A DNA stretch of 64,000 nt from Octopus sinensis (Eukaryota): assembly GCF_006345805.1 (NCBI RefSeq), contig NC_043002.1, forward strand, positions 86,056,001 to 86,120,000, given 5' to 3'. Every line of letters starts with the position of its first letter. The stretch's first letter is position 1. The notes beneath the pieces were generated by a model that saw only the letters and a list, made by a program, of their open reading frames with translations, searched no databases and had not been told where the DNA came from. This document shows, piece by piece, positions 60,616 to 64,000 of this stretch. A program made the translations under genes and the position numbers.

Positions 60616-61139
60616 AGTATGTACTGAGGATATTCAATATCTATCAAAGTTCTGCATATACTAGAGTTATCCAATAATAAAAACTATTATAATGGTATAT
60701 GTCTGACTGTCTGTCCATCCGTCCACCTGCCAGTCTGTCTGTCTATCTATCTATCTATCTATCTATACACACACACACATACACACTAAAACACACACAC
60801 AAATAAAATCCAAATAAGAAGATGTAGAAAAGCTTAGCGCATTTTTAACGACCAGTTACAATTGCTTCACTACACTCTGTTTTTAACATTATTGCATGCA
60901 AAACTTCCAGATGGAATGTTACAATGTATTTGTGGTTTTATACATCATCAGACTTGCATACAGTCATTATATGACTGTCAAGCATTATACGTTGTTAGAC
61001 CTACATATAATACTACATATTGCTAGACCTACATATAATACTACATATCAGTATTGAACCAGGATATTTTACATCAATGGAATACAAAACAAATACACAC
61101 ACACAGCTACTAAGCAACACTGTCACACAAACATACATA

Positions 61140-63007
61140 GTTTGTTAAACTAGGCATTGAAGATAGGTTGGAGGCTCTGGGGGAAAAAAAAACACCCTTG
61201 AAGACCACAAAAGTGAACTCTACCTCTGCCTCCAAGAAACATCTGATCAACCCTACAAAGTCAGAGGGTAACTTCACAATCAAACAGCTCCTTACGAATA
61301 ACAGAAGACCCACTGGCTTTGTGCTTTTGTGCAATGCCAATGAGGTTGCCAAATGGTTTAAAAGTAATAGCATCAGAATTAGGACAGGGTTTACCCAATT
61401 TGATACATTGGACTTTTATCTGTTGACATTAAGGAATTTGCTAAATAATGTGCTAAACGTTTGAAGGGCCTATAATGAGAGAAAAGACAGGAGCATAGGC
61501 ATCATCATGCATGCTAGAAAAACTTGCTCTTCAACAACAGGTTGACCTTGGTATTGCAAACTGACCCCAGGACTCCTTTGATGTTGCAGTGGAGACTTTT
61601 GACAGTACTATGTATGTGACCATATTGGTATTTTTATTCTGGGTTCACAAAATAAGCAATTCTCCTCAGCTAGTTTTGGTCTATACAGAAATGATACTTT
61701 AGTAATATTAATAGGGGTGAATGGTCAAACTCAATATGCTTAAGTAAGACCTAACCAATACCCTGAATCCTTGAACTCATGATCACAATAGAAACCAACT
61801 TGAAGGTGGTTGATTTCCTTAATGTTAATTTCCTTAAAAACCCTTTGGGAAACCAAATGAAAGACTAGCATATGTTAATACAGCTTCCTGTTTTCCAGCC
61901 ATAGTGTTAAGGAACCTGATTAAGAGGTCCAGCAGAAAAATCTTCAACCTGTTTTTCAGTAAAGAAATTTTTGACATCACAGCTCCATATTATGAGGCCC
62001 TGGCAACTAGCAAATTTAAGGATAAGATTAACTACACAACCAACCCTAACCCCACCAAGAGAAAACTCCACCAGAAAATTTTGTGGTTCACACTCCACTT
62101 CTTCCTGAAGGTAAAAACTTGTGTAGATAAGATCCTTCTTTGTTTAATTAGTAAACACTTTCTTTAAACACATAGATAAAGAGACACATCTAAACAGGCA
62201 TAACTTAAGAGTCTCTCTCAGTTGTGCACCTAGTATTAAAAAAATCTTAGTAAGTAGGCCCATACTTGAGACAGAGGTAGGATGTTAAGCCAGAGGCAAC
62301 ACAGCATGTCTACAGAACACCAATGCGACACAGAAACCATTGTATATTAGGCACAAGTGATATCAAGGATTCCAACAGGCATATGGATGTGTGGAAATAT
62401 GCGGGCATGACAGACAGTCCATTCAGAATTAGATTTAACATCCACAAATCTTCTTTCACAAACCAGATGTGAGGTTTTGTAGCCCTCGCTAGGCATATAT
62501 GGTCATTGAATGTAAGTGCCATAGATTACAGCATCAAGTGGAGATTACCAGAAAAGTGTAAGGCTTATTTCAATAATGACAGTAGACTCTGCTTGACAAG
62601 AAAATAATCATGCTAAAGAATTCTCATCCCCTGGATACCTACCTAAAGTGTAAAAGCAAAATTTTCCAAGCCCTTATGATTAGAGATATTTGTTTGGATA
62701 CTGGTAGACATATATCATGAACATAAATTTCAGATTTGCCACCATCAGCACCTCCCATCATCAGTCTGAGGATTCAGTACAATACTTATGTACTCAACTT
62801 ATGACATACAAGGACACTCATACACCTAAACATAGAGGCTTATATATGATTTTAAGATTGACTAATCTCTCCCCTTCATCTGCACTTCTGACCTCCACAC
62901 ATATTAAAACCATCCTACCCACACCTCAGATCACAACCCCACTCAACAGGCATTTATCTCATACACAGTGATGGTACAGGCTGATCCTTAATCAAGGGAC
63001 ATAACTC
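61140..63007 (+). pseudogene. Second, more decayed Naiad-type Penelope-like element
   Basis: LINPTKSE, NEVAKWFK, FTQFDTLDFY, IIMHARK, SFGLYRNDTL, ITIETNLKVVDFLNV, ILWFT, LARHIWSL; 3' motif ATCAAGGGACATAACTC shared with ~11509-11525. Confidence 0.88.
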
Positions 63008-63687
63008 TTACAAAAAAGTTTCCTCTGAGCTTCTCCCAGAAGACACACATGCACACACGCATGCATGCACACACACAGACACATGCACACTCACATGCAC
63101 ACACACAAACATATAAATGGTATGTGTTTGTGTGCATGCATATGTGTATGCATGATAAGTGTCTTTTTTATTTCTTTTATCTTGTACTTTATTCTATTTT
63201 GATAAAAGGTTTACATGAAATGACACCACACTTCTTTTCCTTTTTACATTTTTTTGCTCTTTTGCTGATTAGTCCTTGCACACAACTTGTAATTTTTTTT
63301 ATCTATGTGTGTGGGTGCATGAGATTACATTTTCTCTATTAGTTTTCGAAAAATTTGCCCACCCATTGTAACTTCTCACATTGTCAATCTGTCTTTCATT
63401 GCCCTTGTTCAATTTGTGCTATTTCACCTGTATACAAATATGTTCCAAAGATTTAAATAGAAACACAACAAATGGAAAATTCACACATAGGACAATGCTA
63501 ATTCTTCGAATAGGCTTGGTGATGCAAATAGGAAAAATAGACCTCAAAACATGAGTATAGCACTTACCAAACTTTGATAAGTGCCAATGCACAGAAATTT
63601 TGGTTCATGAGTTACTCTGTTGCTTCTGCTAAATACTGATATATGTATATAGATGAAATGAAATGAAATGAAATAAAGATGTGGGCA

Positions 63688-64000
63688 TAGATGTATGGTA
63701 AGAAGTTTGTTTCCCAATCACATAGTTTTGGGTTCAGTTCCACCATGTGACACATTGGGCAGGTGTTTTCTACTATAGCTTTGGGCCAACCAAAGCCTTC
63801 TAAGTGGATTTGGTAGACAAAAATGGAAAGAATGTGTGTGCATGCATGTGTGCATGTGTGTCTTTGTCTCCAACCACCACTTGACAATTGGTGTTTGTTT
63901 ATATCCCCGTAACTTAGCAGTTCAGCAAAAAAAGAGTCCAATAGAATAAGTAGCAAACTTTAAAAGATAAGTACTAGGGTTGATTTGTTCAACTAAAGTC
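63688..64000 (+). mobile_element. SINE family A, older copy, cut by the window end
   Basis: Diverged head and core. Confidence 0.78.

Overview
AT-rich, microsatellite-dense animal genomic DNA. The SINE families, RTE LINE and (TA)n/(CA)n load most resemble an octopus (coleoid cephalopod) genome; this is an inference. Almost all ORFs in the supplied track are microsatellite or SINE artefacts. The only convincing host coding sequence is one 135-nt minus-strand exon (780-914) encoding an espin-like ankyrin repeat, so most of the window is probably one very large intron. The rest is transposable elements: two mariner copies, a young 5'-truncated RTE LINE with a PHD-like finger plus older RTE relics, two decayed Naiad-type Penelope-like elements (PLEs), R4/Dong-like and Tigger relics, hAT, piggyBac and Merlin-like MITEs, and at least three SINE families. 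The most notable signal is a recurring class of asymmetric fold-back (hairpin) insertions, mostly in (TA)n tracts, several carrying minimal type I hammerhead ribozyme motifs. One two-copy family (13363-13696, 48010-48341) has a core with the C3:G8 pair swapped to G3:C8.
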